From NCBI GenBank assembly GCA_964589635.1, contig CAZPRI010000001.1, positions 1 through 50,319 of the forward strand: a stretch of 50,319 nt of DNA. The letters are read 5' to 3'. The notes under the pieces are model-generated. The model saw only the letters and a program-made list of their open reading frames with translations, was not told where the DNA came from and made no database searches. Source of the DNA: an uncultured Candidatus Saccharibacteria bacterium (GTDB lineage: Bacteria > Patescibacteriota > Minisyncoccia > Phycocordibacterales > JAACPR01). Below are positions 10,622-19,250 of the stretch, piece by piece (the first letter of the stretch is position 1; every line of letters starts with the position of its first letter). A program made the position numbers and the translations under genes.

Positions 10622-11227
10622 ATGAAATACATTATAGGAACAAAAGAAAACATGACACAAATTTTTACCGAAGAAGGTGAAGTTGTTCCTGTTACAATCG
10701 TGAAAGCAAATCCTATTGTTATTACTCAGGTTAAAACTGAAGATATTGATGGTTATGAAGCTATTCAATTTGGTTTTGGTGAAAGAAAGGAAAAAAACAT
10801 CTCAAAGGCTGTAAAAGGCCATGTTAAAGATTTAGGAAATTTTGCAGGATTGAAAGAATTAAAAGTTGGAAAAACTGAGTTCAAAGTAGGGGACATACTA
10901 ACAATTGAATCATTTGAAGATGGAGACAATATTGAATCAACATCAATCTCAAAAGGTAAAGGTTTTCAAGGTGTTGTTAAAAGACATGGTTTTAAAGGAG
11001 GAAGAAGATCTCATGGACAAAAACACTCAGAAAGAGAACCTGGATCAATTGGTGCAACGGGACCACAAAGAGTATTTAAAGGTACAAGAATGGGAGGAAG
11101 AATGGGTACTGATAAGGTTACTCAAAGAGGAATTAGTATTGCTAAGGTAGACAAAGAGAACAATTTGCTTTATGTTAAGGGCTCATTACCTGGAAGAAGA
11201 GGTACTTTGGTTGAAATTAAAGGTTAG
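10622..11227 (+). CDS. rplC: 50S ribosomal protein L3
   Basis: MKYIIGTKENMTQIF start matches the L3 N-terminus, and KGKGFQGVVKRHGFKGG is present. The track ORF starts at TTG 10598; ATG 10622 is preferred. Confidence 0.93.
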   Translation: MKYIIGTKENMTQIFTEEGEVVPVTIVKANPIVITQVKTEDIDGYEAIQFGFGERKEKNISKAVKGHVKDLGNFAGLKELKVGKTEFKVGDILTIESFEDGDNIESTSISKGKGFQGVVKRHGFKGGRRSHGQKHSEREPGSIGATGPQRVFKGTRMGGRMGTDKVTQRGISIAKVDKENNLLYVKGSLPGRRGTLVEIKG

Positions 11228-11232
11228 AAAAT

Positions 11233-11898
11233 ATGAAAGCAACAGTTTATACAACAGAAGGAAAAGAAAAGAGCACATTGGATTTACCTAAGGGAATCTT
11301 CGACTTGAAATGGAATGGTGACCTTGTACATCAAGTTATTGTTTCAATGCAAACTAATGCAAGAACTCCAATAGCACATACAAAGGATAGGTCTGAAGTT
11401 AGTGGAGGAGGAAAGAAACCTTGGAGACAAAAAGGAACTGGTAGAGCACGACATGGTTCAAGCAGATCACCTATTTGGGTAGGAGGAGGTGTAACTTTCG
11501 GTCCTAGAAACCACAAGAACTTTTCTAGAAAAGTAAATAAGAAAATGAAAGCAAAAGCTTTGTTCACTATTCTTTCAAAGAAATTTGAAGATAATGAAAT
11601 TATTTTTGTTGACGCTCTTAATTTCAAGGAACCAAAAACTAAAGAAGCTAAAAAGGTTATCGAAGGTCTTTCAACAATCAAAGGTTTTGAAGACTTACGA
11701 ACTAAAAGAAACAATAAAGCTGTTATTGCTATCGAAACAAACGATATAATGGCAAAGAAAAGTTTCTCAAACTACTCAAATGTTTTCACAGATGAAGTTA
11801 GAAACATTAACCCAGTTAAGCTTCTAAAATACAAGTATCTTATTATCGAAAACCCAGAAAAGAGTCTTGAATCATTAACTAGCAAGTTAACAAAATAA
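11233..11898 (+). CDS. rplD: 50S ribosomal protein L4
   Basis: GGGKKPWRQKGTGRARHGSSRSPIWVGGG motif. Confidence 0.95.
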   Translation: MKATVYTTEGKEKSTLDLPKGIFDLKWNGDLVHQVIVSMQTNARTPIAHTKDRSEVSGGGKKPWRQKGTGRARHGSSRSPIWVGGGVTFGPRNHKNFSRKVNKKMKAKALFTILSKKFEDNEIIFVDALNFKEPKTKEAKKVIEGLSTIKGFEDLRTKRNNKAVIAIETNDIMAKKSFSNYSNVFTDEVRNINPVKLLKYKYLIIENPEKSLESLTSKLTK

Positions 11899-11900
11899 TT

Positions 11901-12308
11901 ATGGCATTATTCGGAAAGAAAGAAGAAAAGAAAGATAAAAAAGTAGCAAAAAAAGCTCCTACTAAAAAGGCTACAGCAACAAAAACAAAGAAAAAAGATG
12001 TTGCTCCAAAGAAAGTTGGAAAAACTACATCTGCTGATCTTTTTTGGGTTTTAGTTTCACCTAGAATTACAGAGAGAACAGCTGTTCAATCAGAAGATAA
12101 AGTTTTTGTTTTCAATGTTCATGTTGACTCAAACAAGATCCAAATAAAAGAAGCTATAAAGAAGCAATACAATGTTGTTCCTGAAAAAGTTAACATTGCA
12201 AAGATTGCTTCAAAGCCTGTATTTAGAAAAGGTGTAAAAGGTAAAAAGTCTCAAGGTAAAAAAGCCTACGTTTACCTAAATAAAAAAGATTCAATACAAT
12301 TTGTATAA
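11901..12308 (+). CDS. rplW: 50S ribosomal protein L23 (Lys-rich N-terminal extension)
   Basis: C-terminal L23 core (RITERTAVQSEDKVFVFNV...IKEAIKKQYNV) at the expected operon position. Confidence 0.9.
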   Translation: MALFGKKEEKKDKKVAKKAPTKKATATKTKKKDVAPKKVGKTTSADLFWVLVSPRITERTAVQSEDKVFVFNVHVDSNKIQIKEAIKKQYNVVPEKVNIAKIASKPVFRKGVKGKKSQGKKAYVYLNKKDSIQFV

Positions 12309-12315
12309 AAATAAG

Positions 12316-12347
12316 AAAAAACCCTCGAAACTATTGAGGGTTTTTTC
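12316..12347 (+). terminator. Rho-independent terminator after rplW
   Basis: AAAAAACCCTC-loop-GAGGGTTTTTT. Confidence 0.65.
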
Positions 12348-12369
12348 TTATACATGCTAAAATATTTCT

Positions 12370-13419
12370 ATGGAAAAACCAGAAGCTATAAAGTTTCACT
12401 CGGGAAGTGAGCATAGTCTTTCTGCAAAGGAAATCATTAATCCAATACTTGAAAGGGAGCATTTTATTGAGTCTCTGTATGAAAAATTAAAAGACGCGAC
12501 TATTGAACAAAAAACTGATGTAGTGTCTATACTATTCAAAAATTCTGTTGAAGATGGGATGACTCTATCCAAAAAGTTAGGATTAAATACTACCGCAACG
12601 TTTCAGTCTTTGATGGATTCAGCAGATAGAGAAGATAGATTGATAGAGCAAATAACATCATCAGTGTCCAGAGAGGTTGATAATATGTCTGACACAAATA
12701 GAATATTATTTGAAACAGAACTAAGTGACTACGAAAGACGAAAAGATGATCAGTCAATCAGGAAAAGAGTTATACAAAAAGAGACTGAAGATGAAATACA
12801 AGAATACTACCTTCCTTTTATTGCACAAAAGAGAGTACAAGAAAAAATAGGAATAAGTAGTAGTTTGGCAGATGAATCTCTGGTTCAATTATTTACTACA
12901 CGAGAAAGAATACGAGGAAACCTGTTTCCGTTTTTTACAATTGCCGATTATATAAAGAAGGAAACAGGAAAAGAGCTAGAGTGGGGAGGTGAAAGGACTT
13001 TAACAGAAAAGGAAGCAATAGTTGTTCTAGAAAAATATGGATTAGATTTAGAAAATGCTAAGGCTTCTAAAAGAATAAATCCAATGCCTGTGTATAAAGA
13101 AATTTATGATGCTCAAAAAGATAATGCAAAATTAGAACTTAAAAAAGAGATTAGAGAAAGCCTTATTTCTAGAGGATACAGTGAAGGTGATTTTGAAATT
13201 TTTAAAAAGGGTACAAAATATGTAATTGAGTTTTCAGATGATATCGAAAAAAAGGAAACATTCTCTGATTATCAAAAGAAAAAAGTGGCAGCTATTGAAA
13301 AAGAATTACTCAAAGAAGGTGTAGACAAATACTCCATCGCCCAAGGTCTCGCCGGTGTATCAACTCCTGAATCTATAGAACTAAGAGAAAGACTACTTAA
13401 AGAAGGATTGAGTCCTTAA
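12370..13419 (+). CDS. Hypothetical helical protein (no recognisable domain)
   Basis: 349-aa ORF, charged/helical, first gene of the insert between rplW and rplB. Confidence 0.6.
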   Translation: MEKPEAIKFHSGSEHSLSAKEIINPILEREHFIESLYEKLKDATIEQKTDVVSILFKNSVEDGMTLSKKLGLNTTATFQSLMDSADREDRLIEQITSSVSREVDNMSDTNRILFETELSDYERRKDDQSIRKRVIQKETEDEIQEYYLPFIAQKRVQEKIGISSSLADESLVQLFTTRERIRGNLFPFFTIADYIKKETGKELEWGGERTLTEKEAIVVLEKYGLDLENAKASKRINPMPVYKEIYDAQKDNAKLELKKEIRESLISRGYSEGDFEIFKKGTKYVIEFSDDIEKKETFSDYQKKKVAAIEKELLKEGVDKYSIAQGLAGVSTPESIELRERLLKEGLSP

Positions 13420-13464
13420 ATTATATGTCTCTACTATTTTTGTAATGCAGAAAGATTGATATAC

Positions 13465-13692
13465 ATGACTAAAATATTCGAACATAATGAGTCACAAGAT
13501 GAAAATGAGGAATTTGAAGAAGAAAGATTATAAAAATTATATTTGATAGATAACTCAAACAAGGAAAAAGAAGAGGAGGCAATAGAAAAAATTGAAAAAG
13601 TACTAAGTATCTCAGAGAAATACTTATCTGAAATAGAAAAGAAAGCTGCTTTTGCAACAATAAACTATTTGAAAGCAAAGAATTTGATATAA
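13465..13692 (+). other. Small helical ORF interrupted by an in-frame TAA (13531-13533)
   Basis: ATG 13465 reads MTKIFEHNESQDENEEFEEERL, then TAA, then KLYLIDNSNKEKEEEAIEKIEKVLSISEKYLSEIEKKAAFATINYLKAKNLI and TAA 13690. Ends 8 nt before the ATPase start. Confidence 0.3.
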
Positions 13693-13700
13693 TCTAAATA

Positions 13701-16499
13701 ATGGAATTAAAAAATACCTTTCTTACTATTGAATCAGGGAAAATAGATTCTTTGGAAAGAGAAAAAGAAATTTTACAGAACGAAATTCTTGAAAGAGAAA
13801 AAAAAATCTCAGATTCAAATCCTGAAATAGTAAGAAATCAGGCAGTTGCTGAAACGTTATCTGAGTATGCTCAAAATAAACCACATGAAGTTTTAGATAA
13901 TGAAATACTTTTGGATGAGAAATCAGAGCATGAAATTGTTCTTGCGCTTTCTCCCGAAAAACATGATGACAAAATGGCGAACCTAATAGGTTTAATTCAA
14001 ACGAAAGGTATTTTGAATACTTTAGCAGTTATCCAAAAGACAGAAGATTCTCACGTGCAGGACGACTTTCACAGATTTTTAGTTCAGTATGTAAAAGAGG
14101 GTCTTCCTGTGAACGGGCTTACAGATAAAAGTGAATTAACAAAAATTTTAAAAAGAACTTTGTTTGAAATTGTTTTACCAAGTTTTAGGGGCGGGGAAGA
14201 AGGTGGTTTTAAGGTTTTATATAACAATATGAAACAGTTTTATACAGGAATGCTTTCTATTGCAAATGAAACTGATTATTTAACTCTAGAAATTGCAAAC
14301 GCTATTGGATCAAGAGAATTCATATTTTACGTGTCCGTGAGCGACTCATCTATAGATTTATTTGAAAAACAAATTCTTTCTATTTTCCCAGATGCAAGAA
14401 TGGAAGTTAAAAATGATGATTATAATATTTTTGGAGAAGCGGGCGAATCTTCTGGTGCTTATGCTACTCAAAAAGAATTGACAGTGAAAACTTTGAAAAC
14501 TGCAGAGGAGATGGATACTGATCCAGTGCGAGTTATGTTAAATATTTTCTCAAAACTTGATGAACATAATGAAGCTGCAGCAATCCAAATTATCTTCAAA
14601 CCTGTAAAAGATTTTTATACTAAAGCTTATTTGAAAGGTTTGGCCAAAGCGGAAAAGGGTGAGGGTGCTTCAGAGTTCTTTAGTATAAGAAACACAACCG
14701 GAGACAAATTCATGAGAGGAGTTTCTAAGGCTGTATCTATGACCGGGTCTATTTTTGAAGGAAGGAAAAGTTCAGAAGATGAAAAACCAAAGGATGTTGA
14801 CTCAAACCTTATAGAAAATGTAAACAAGAAAATTACTTCAGAAGTTGTTTCAACAAATTTACGACTAGTGGCTTCATCTGCTACTAAGGCTCGAGCTGAT
14901 GCTATTTTGTCGGAAATTAAGTCTGCCTTTAATCAGTATCAAAACACTAAAGGTAATAGATTGGAATTTGTTAATGTTTCTGAAAAGTATAAAAAGACAT
15001 TCTTTAAGAAATTTTCATTTAGAGAATTCAATCCAGCAAATGATATGCCACTTAGTATAGATGAATTATCTTCTTTAGCTTATTTTGTTTCTGAACAAAA
15101 AGACCTAAGCCCACAACTTAAAACTTCTGGATTTAAGACATCATCAGCACCTGTGAATATTGCTAGTGATGGAATTTTACTCGGAAAAAATGTCCACAGA
15201 GGAGCAGACACAGAAATTCATTTTTCAGACAATGACAGAATGAGACACTTTTATGCGATCGGACAAACAGGAACTGGTAAGACAACACTTTTGAAAAATA
15301 TGATAATTCAAGATATTAAAAACGGAGACGGTGCTTGTTTTATCGACCCGCATGGATCCGATGTTCAAGATATTTTGGCGAATATTCCACCAGAAAGAAT
15401 GGATGATGTTATCTATTTTGATCCTGCCGACATGAAGAGACCGATGGGGCTAAATATGCTTGAATACGATTCTAATTATCCAGAACAAAAAACTTTTGTT
15501 GTTAATGAATTGTTTTCTATTTTTCAAAAATTGTATGGAGAGTCTAATCCAGAATCTATGGGTCCTATGTTTGAACAATATTTCAGAAACGCGACAATGC
15601 TCGTGATTGAAGATCAAGAATCAGGCTCAACACTTCTTGATGTTTCAAGAGTTCTTGTTGATAAAGAGTTTAGAGAAATGAAATTGTCTAAATGTAAGAA
15701 CCCGGTAATTTTGACTGCATGGAGAGAGAACCTCGAAAAAGCGGGAGGGGAAGCGTCTCTTGCCAATGTTGCTCCGTACATTACATCAAAGTTCGATGTA
15801 TTTTTAGCTAACGACATAATGCGACCAATTATTGCTCAAGAAAAATCAAGTTTTAATTTCAGGGACATTATGGATAATAAGAAGATTTTACTTGTAAATC
15901 TTTCGAAGGGAAGACTTGGGGATATAAACTCAAGCTTGATTGGTTTGATTTTGGTTGGAAAGATTTTGATGGCAGCTCTTTCAAGAGTTGATTCGTTTGG
16001 AAAAGAAATGGCACCATTTTATTTATATATTGATGAGTTTCAAAATGTTACAACTCCATCTATTTCTGCAATTTTGTCAGAAGCCAGAAAGTATCAACTT
16101 TCATTAAACATAGCTCATCAATTCATAGATCAGTTATCAGATGGAATTAGAAGTTCTGTCTTTGGTAACGTTGGAACTATTTGTACATATCGAGTTGGAG
16201 CCAAGGATGCTGAGTTTCTAGAGTCACAATTCAGTCCAACTTTTGTTGCAAAAGATATACAAAATATAGACAACTATAATGCGTACATCAAAATGCTTTC
16301 AAATGGTGTACCAATAAATCCATTTTCTCTCCGAGCACTCGTTCCACCAGAAGGAAATCTCGAGCAAGTAGAAAAATTAAAGGAATATTCTTCTCTGAAG
16401 TATGGAAGAGTACGAGAGGAAGTGGAAGAAGAGATTATGAATAGGTATAAAAAAGAGGATAAACCTGTTCAAGAAAGAAACCCATTCGATAAGATATAG
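13701..16499 (+). CDS. TraD/VirD4-like (type IV coupling protein-like) P-loop ATPase with a ~500-aa unknown N-terminal region
   Basis: 932 aa. Walker A GQTGTGKTT (15261-15287), Walker B YLYIDEFQ (DE at 16032-16037), then ARKYQLSLNIAHQFIDQL typical of TraG/TraD C-terminal modules. No obvious TM segments. Confidence 0.75.
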   Translation: MELKNTFLTIESGKIDSLEREKEILQNEILEREKKISDSNPEIVRNQAVAETLSEYAQNKPHEVLDNEILLDEKSEHEIVLALSPEKHDDKMANLIGLIQTKGILNTLAVIQKTEDSHVQDDFHRFLVQYVKEGLPVNGLTDKSELTKILKRTLFEIVLPSFRGGEEGGFKVLYNNMKQFYTGMLSIANETDYLTLEIANAIGSREFIFYVSVSDSSIDLFEKQILSIFPDARMEVKNDDYNIFGEAGESSGAYATQKELTVKTLKTAEEMDTDPVRVMLNIFSKLDEHNEAAAIQIIFKPVKDFYTKAYLKGLAKAEKGEGASEFFSIRNTTGDKFMRGVSKAVSMTGSIFEGRKSSEDEKPKDVDSNLIENVNKKITSEVVSTNLRLVASSATKARADAILSEIKSAFNQYQNTKGNRLEFVNVSEKYKKTFFKKFSFREFNPANDMPLSIDELSSLAYFVSEQKDLSPQLKTSGFKTSSAPVNIASDGILLGKNVHRGADTEIHFSDNDRMRHFYAIGQTGTGKTTLLKNMIIQDIKNGDGACFIDPHGSDVQDILANIPPERMDDVIYFDPADMKRPMGLNMLEYDSNYPEQKTFVVNELFSIFQKLYGESNPESMGPMFEQYFRNATMLVIEDQESGSTLLDVSRVLVDKEFREMKLSKCKNPVILTAWRENLEKAGGEASLANVAPYITSKFDVFLANDIMRPIIAQEKSSFNFRDIMDNKKILLVNLSKGRLGDINSSLIGLILVGKILMAALSRVDSFGKEMAPFYLYIDEFQNVTTPSISAILSEARKYQLSLNIAHQFIDQLSDGIRSSVFGNVGTICTYRVGAKDAEFLESQFSPTFVAKDIQNIDNYNAYIKMLSNGVPINPFSLRALVPPEGNLEQVEKLKEYSSLKYGRVREEVEEEIMNRYKKEDKPVQERNPFDKI

Positions 16500-16520
16500 T
16501 CTAAATAATATTGATATTAC

Positions 16521-16549
16521 TTGATTTTATTATAAATGCGGGTTAATAT
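16521..16549 (+). promoter_or_regulatory. Candidate promoter for rplB
   Basis: TTGATT (16521-16526), 17-nt spacer, TAATAT (16544-16549). Confidence 0.4.
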
Positions 16550-16661
16550 CATGCAACTTATATTTAAGTGTTTTTCACTTGAAAAAGTATTAATTATTAG
16601 GTTGTATACCCGTTCGACTCCGCCAAAGGTTTCGATCAGGGTGCTAACTAAAAAACTTATT

Positions 16662-17510
16662 ATGGCATTAAAGAAATATAAACCAACATCGCCAGGTCAA
16701 AGAAATATGACTGTAATCAAATACAGGGATTATTTGACTACAGACAAACCAAACAAGAAACTTACAAAAGGTAAGAGAAGTACTGGTGGTAGAAACTCTG
16801 ATGGTAGAATTACTACAAGACACAAAGGAGGTGGAAACAAGAAAAAATACCGACAAATCGATTTTAAATATAACAAGATCGGTATTCCAGCAAAACTAGA
16901 AACTATTGAGTATGATCCAAACAGAACAGCCTTTATTGGTGTTGCTCTGTATGCTGATGGAGAGAGAAGATATATTATCGTTCCTCAATCAATGAAGGTA
17001 GGAGATACATTTGAGGTTTCAGAAACAGCTAAGACTAAGACAGGTAACAGAACTATGATTGGTAAAATTGCTGTAGGAACATTTGTTTATAATATTGAAC
17101 TACAACCAGGAAATGGTGCGAAATTAGTTCGATCAGCAGGAAACTATGCTGAGATTGTTGCTCAAGATGTAGAAACAGGAATGACTCAACTAAAAATGCC
17201 TTCAACAGAAATAAGAAAAGTTATTTCAACAGTTTGGGCATCAATTGGTGAAGTTTCAAACCCAGAGAAAAAACTTGTTAATGTTGGTAAGGCTGGTAGA
17301 AACAGACACAAAGGTGTTAGACCGACTGTTAGAGGTTCAGCTATGAACGCTGTAGACCATCCACACGGAGGAGGAGAAGGTAGACAAGGTATTTCTCTTA
17401 GAAGAGGTCCTAAGACACGACAAGGTAAACTTGCATACGGTGTTAAGACTAGAAAGAAGAAGAAATATTCAAAGAATATGATTGTGAAGAGAAGAAAGAC
17501 ACAGAGATAG
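16662..17510 (+). CDS. rplB: 50S ribosomal protein L2
   Basis: MALKKYKPTSPGQR start; RHKGGGNKK and HPHGGGEG motifs. The track ORF start at 16536 adds a non-homologous leader. Confidence 0.95.
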   Translation: MALKKYKPTSPGQRNMTVIKYRDYLTTDKPNKKLTKGKRSTGGRNSDGRITTRHKGGGNKKKYRQIDFKYNKIGIPAKLETIEYDPNRTAFIGVALYADGERRYIIVPQSMKVGDTFEVSETAKTKTGNRTMIGKIAVGTFVYNIELQPGNGAKLVRSAGNYAEIVAQDVETGMTQLKMPSTEIRKVISTVWASIGEVSNPEKKLVNVGKAGRNRHKGVRPTVRGSAMNAVDHPHGGGEGRQGISLRRGPKTRQGKLAYGVKTRKKKKYSKNMIVKRRKTQR

Positions 17511-17520
17511 ATTTAAAAAG

Positions 17521-17554
17521 AAAAAAGCGCGGCCTTCGGCCGCGCTTTTTCTTT
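17521..17554 (+). terminator. Rho-independent terminator after rplB
   Basis: GCGCGGCC-TTC-GGCCGCGC followed by TTTTT. Confidence 0.85.
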
Positions 17555-17576
17555 ATATTTACTTGTCCAAAAACCC

Positions 17577-17713
17577 CGTCATCCCCCACAACACCACCGT
17601 CATCCTCCGCCCTACACCACCGTCATCCTCGGGTTTAACCCGGGGACCCATGTTTAAAACTATCGTAAATAATATTTTTAAGGCCTAGGTCCCTGCCTAC
17701 GCAGGGATGACGG
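17577..17713. repeat. GTCATYC-hairpin composite element, copy 2, preceded by tandem half-sites
   Basis: CGTCATCC at 17577, 17598 and 17621 (21-23 nt period). Arm CGTCATCCTCGGGTTTAACCCGGGGACCC, AT-rich spacer, then the inverted arm GGCCTAGGTCCCTGCCTACGCAGGGATGACGG. Confidence 0.8.
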
Positions 17714-17825
17714 AGGAGGGTGTTTTTTAATTTATTCTGCTGAGTTTAGTTCTCATGAGGTGGGAAAATACCTATTTATCCAAAAAAAAAAGTATAATAT
17801 TACTAGTTATTAATTTATTTAAAAT

Positions 17826-18644
17826 ATGAAAATCTTTCAAAAAACAGTCTTGTTCTCTTTATTATTTATTCTTTTTGTTCCTTTTGTTTCGAGTGCAGAA
17901 GAATCAGCAAATAAAAATGATATTTATTTAAGTGGTGACATTGATTCAAAGGTTCACGTTATCACATACATAGACTTTGAGAGCCCTTTTGCAGATAAAT
18001 TTAATACTACAGTTAAAAGTTTAATTGATGAGTATGATGAGGATGATGTATCTTTTCTCTATAGATTTCTTCACTTAACTGGAATCTATCCTAAAGCAGA
18101 AGAAAGAATACAGGCTTTTATGTGCATGTTGGATATTGGTGATAGTGATGAGAAAATCGAATATTTAGACAGGGTATTCGGAGCGGTATCAACTGATGAA
18201 CATGAGGTAGAAGAGGTTGATCTAGATAGCTCAGATTTTGAAGATTGTTTAGAAAGTAATAAATACCTGAAAGAGATATCAGAAAATACAGATATGTATA
18301 TGAATGAGTTTAGAAAAGATTCTCAGTTTGGAATACCTCATACATCTATTTTTATTGGCAATAGTTTTGAAGCTAACATAAGAGGTGCAGTTCCAAAGAA
18401 TGAAGCAGAAAGAGTAATTGATCTAGTATTAAAGATCGATAATGACGATCATGAAGATGACGACGACGATAAGGAACATGTTGATAAATATGACGATGAG
18501 TATGAAGATGACGACAATATGGAACATGAGGACGTGAATCTTTCAGCTTCAGAGATTTCATTCCTAATTGAAACTATTTTTGGAAAAAACTCAGATGTTT
18601 ATAAGTTTATACAGTTGCTAATTCAGGTTGGAGTGATTAAATAA
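17826..18644 (+). CDS. Secreted DsbA-like thioredoxin-fold protein lacking the CxxC motif, with acidic/His-rich tail
   Basis: Signal peptide present. VHVITYIDFESPFADKF aligns to the DsbA-family FxDFxCPFC region but has SPFA (17982-17993). The later FEDCL...GIPHTSIFIGN pattern fits. Tail is DNDDHEDDDDDKEHVDKYDDEYEDDDNMEHED. Confidence 0.6.
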   Translation: MKIFQKTVLFSLLFILFVPFVSSAEESANKNDIYLSGDIDSKVHVITYIDFESPFADKFNTTVKSLIDEYDEDDVSFLYRFLHLTGIYPKAEERIQAFMCMLDIGDSDEKIEYLDRVFGAVSTDEHEVEEVDLDSSDFEDCLESNKYLKEISENTDMYMNEFRKDSQFGIPHTSIFIGNSFEANIRGAVPKNEAERVIDLVLKIDNDDHEDDDDDKEHVDKYDDEYEDDDNMEHEDVNLSASEISFLIETIFGKNSDVYKFIQLLIQVGVIK

Positions 18645-18704
18645 AATACGTTGATATTCCTACTCTTTTCCAAGGTTGGACCTTAGAAAATAAATTAGTT
18701 CAAT

Positions 18705-18735
18705 AAAAAAGCGGCCCTTCGGGCCGCTTTTTGTT
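18705..18735 (+). terminator. Rho-independent terminator
   Basis: GCGGCCC-TTC-GGGCCGC followed by TTTTT. Confidence 0.85.
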
Positions 18736-18839
18736 TATATATTGTCCTTAATACTCAGCCCGAAACAAACAATAAATCATATTTTGTATCTAAAATTAGT
18801 AAAATATGTTCTACATAATGACTTCCGGTGTATAAGTGC

Positions 18840-18867
18840 TTGACTTTAAGTTCCTATTTGATAGTAT
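18840..18867 (+). promoter_or_regulatory. Candidate promoter for rpsS-rplE unit
   Basis: TTGACT (18840-18845), 16-nt spacer ending TGA, TAGTAT (18862-18867). Confidence 0.5.
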
Positions 18868-18909
18868 TTCACAAGCTCTAATTCGGAGCTTTTTATTTTC
18901 AAAGAATTT

Positions 18910-19239
18910 ATGACAAGATCCATTAAAAAAGGTCCATATGTGGACGACAGACTTCTAAAAAAACTTGAAGGGAAAAAACCAATTGAAACTGGTGTTATTA
19001 AGACATGGTCAAGAAATGCCGAGATTTCTCCAGATATGGTTGGTTTTACTTTTGGTGTTCATAACGGTAGAGTTCATAATAACGTTCTTGTAACAGAAGA
19101 AATGGTAGGTCATGTGTTAGGAGAATTCTCTCCTACAAAAAAATTCCTGAGACACGGAGGTAAGATGCAAAAAGAACTTGATCAGAACAAAAGGGAGGCC
19201 GAAATTACAGCTGCAAAAGCTGCAAAATCTGCAAAATAA
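18910..19239 (+). CDS. rpsS: 30S ribosomal protein S19
   Basis: [12 protein letters not shown] and [10 protein letters not shown] motifs. Confidence 0.95.
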   Translation: MTRSIKKGPYVDDRLLKKLEGKKPIETGVIKTWSRNAEISPDMVGFTFGVHNGRVHNNVLVTEEMVGHVLGEFSPTKKFLRHGGKMQKELDQNKREAEITAAKAAKSAK

Positions 19240-19250
19240 ATTCATAAACA

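Noticed and set aside
13469-13678. Minus-strand 69-aa ORF between the 349-aa gene and the ATPase
   Set aside because: It is Leu/Phe-rich and low-complexity, antisense to an otherwise co-directional module, with no promoter or terminator signals.
16536-16661. Long N-terminal extensions implied by track starts for rplB (16536), rplF (24040), ndk (32508), the nucleotidyltransferase (43744), rplC (10598) and rpmC (20798)
   Set aside because: The internal ATGs give N-termini matching the family consensus (MALKKYKPTSPG, MSRIGKKPI, MKKERTLVVVKPDG, MKIVILAAGKGTRM, MKYIIGTKENMTQIF, MKDLKK). The extensions overlap upstream genes, repeats or promoters.
17577-17650. CRISPR-like array of CGTCATCC repeats
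   Set aside because: There are only three short half-sites of about 8-13 bp at a 21-23 nt period, with no 25-40 bp repeats, no unique spacers of matching length and no cas genes. They belong to the palindromic element.
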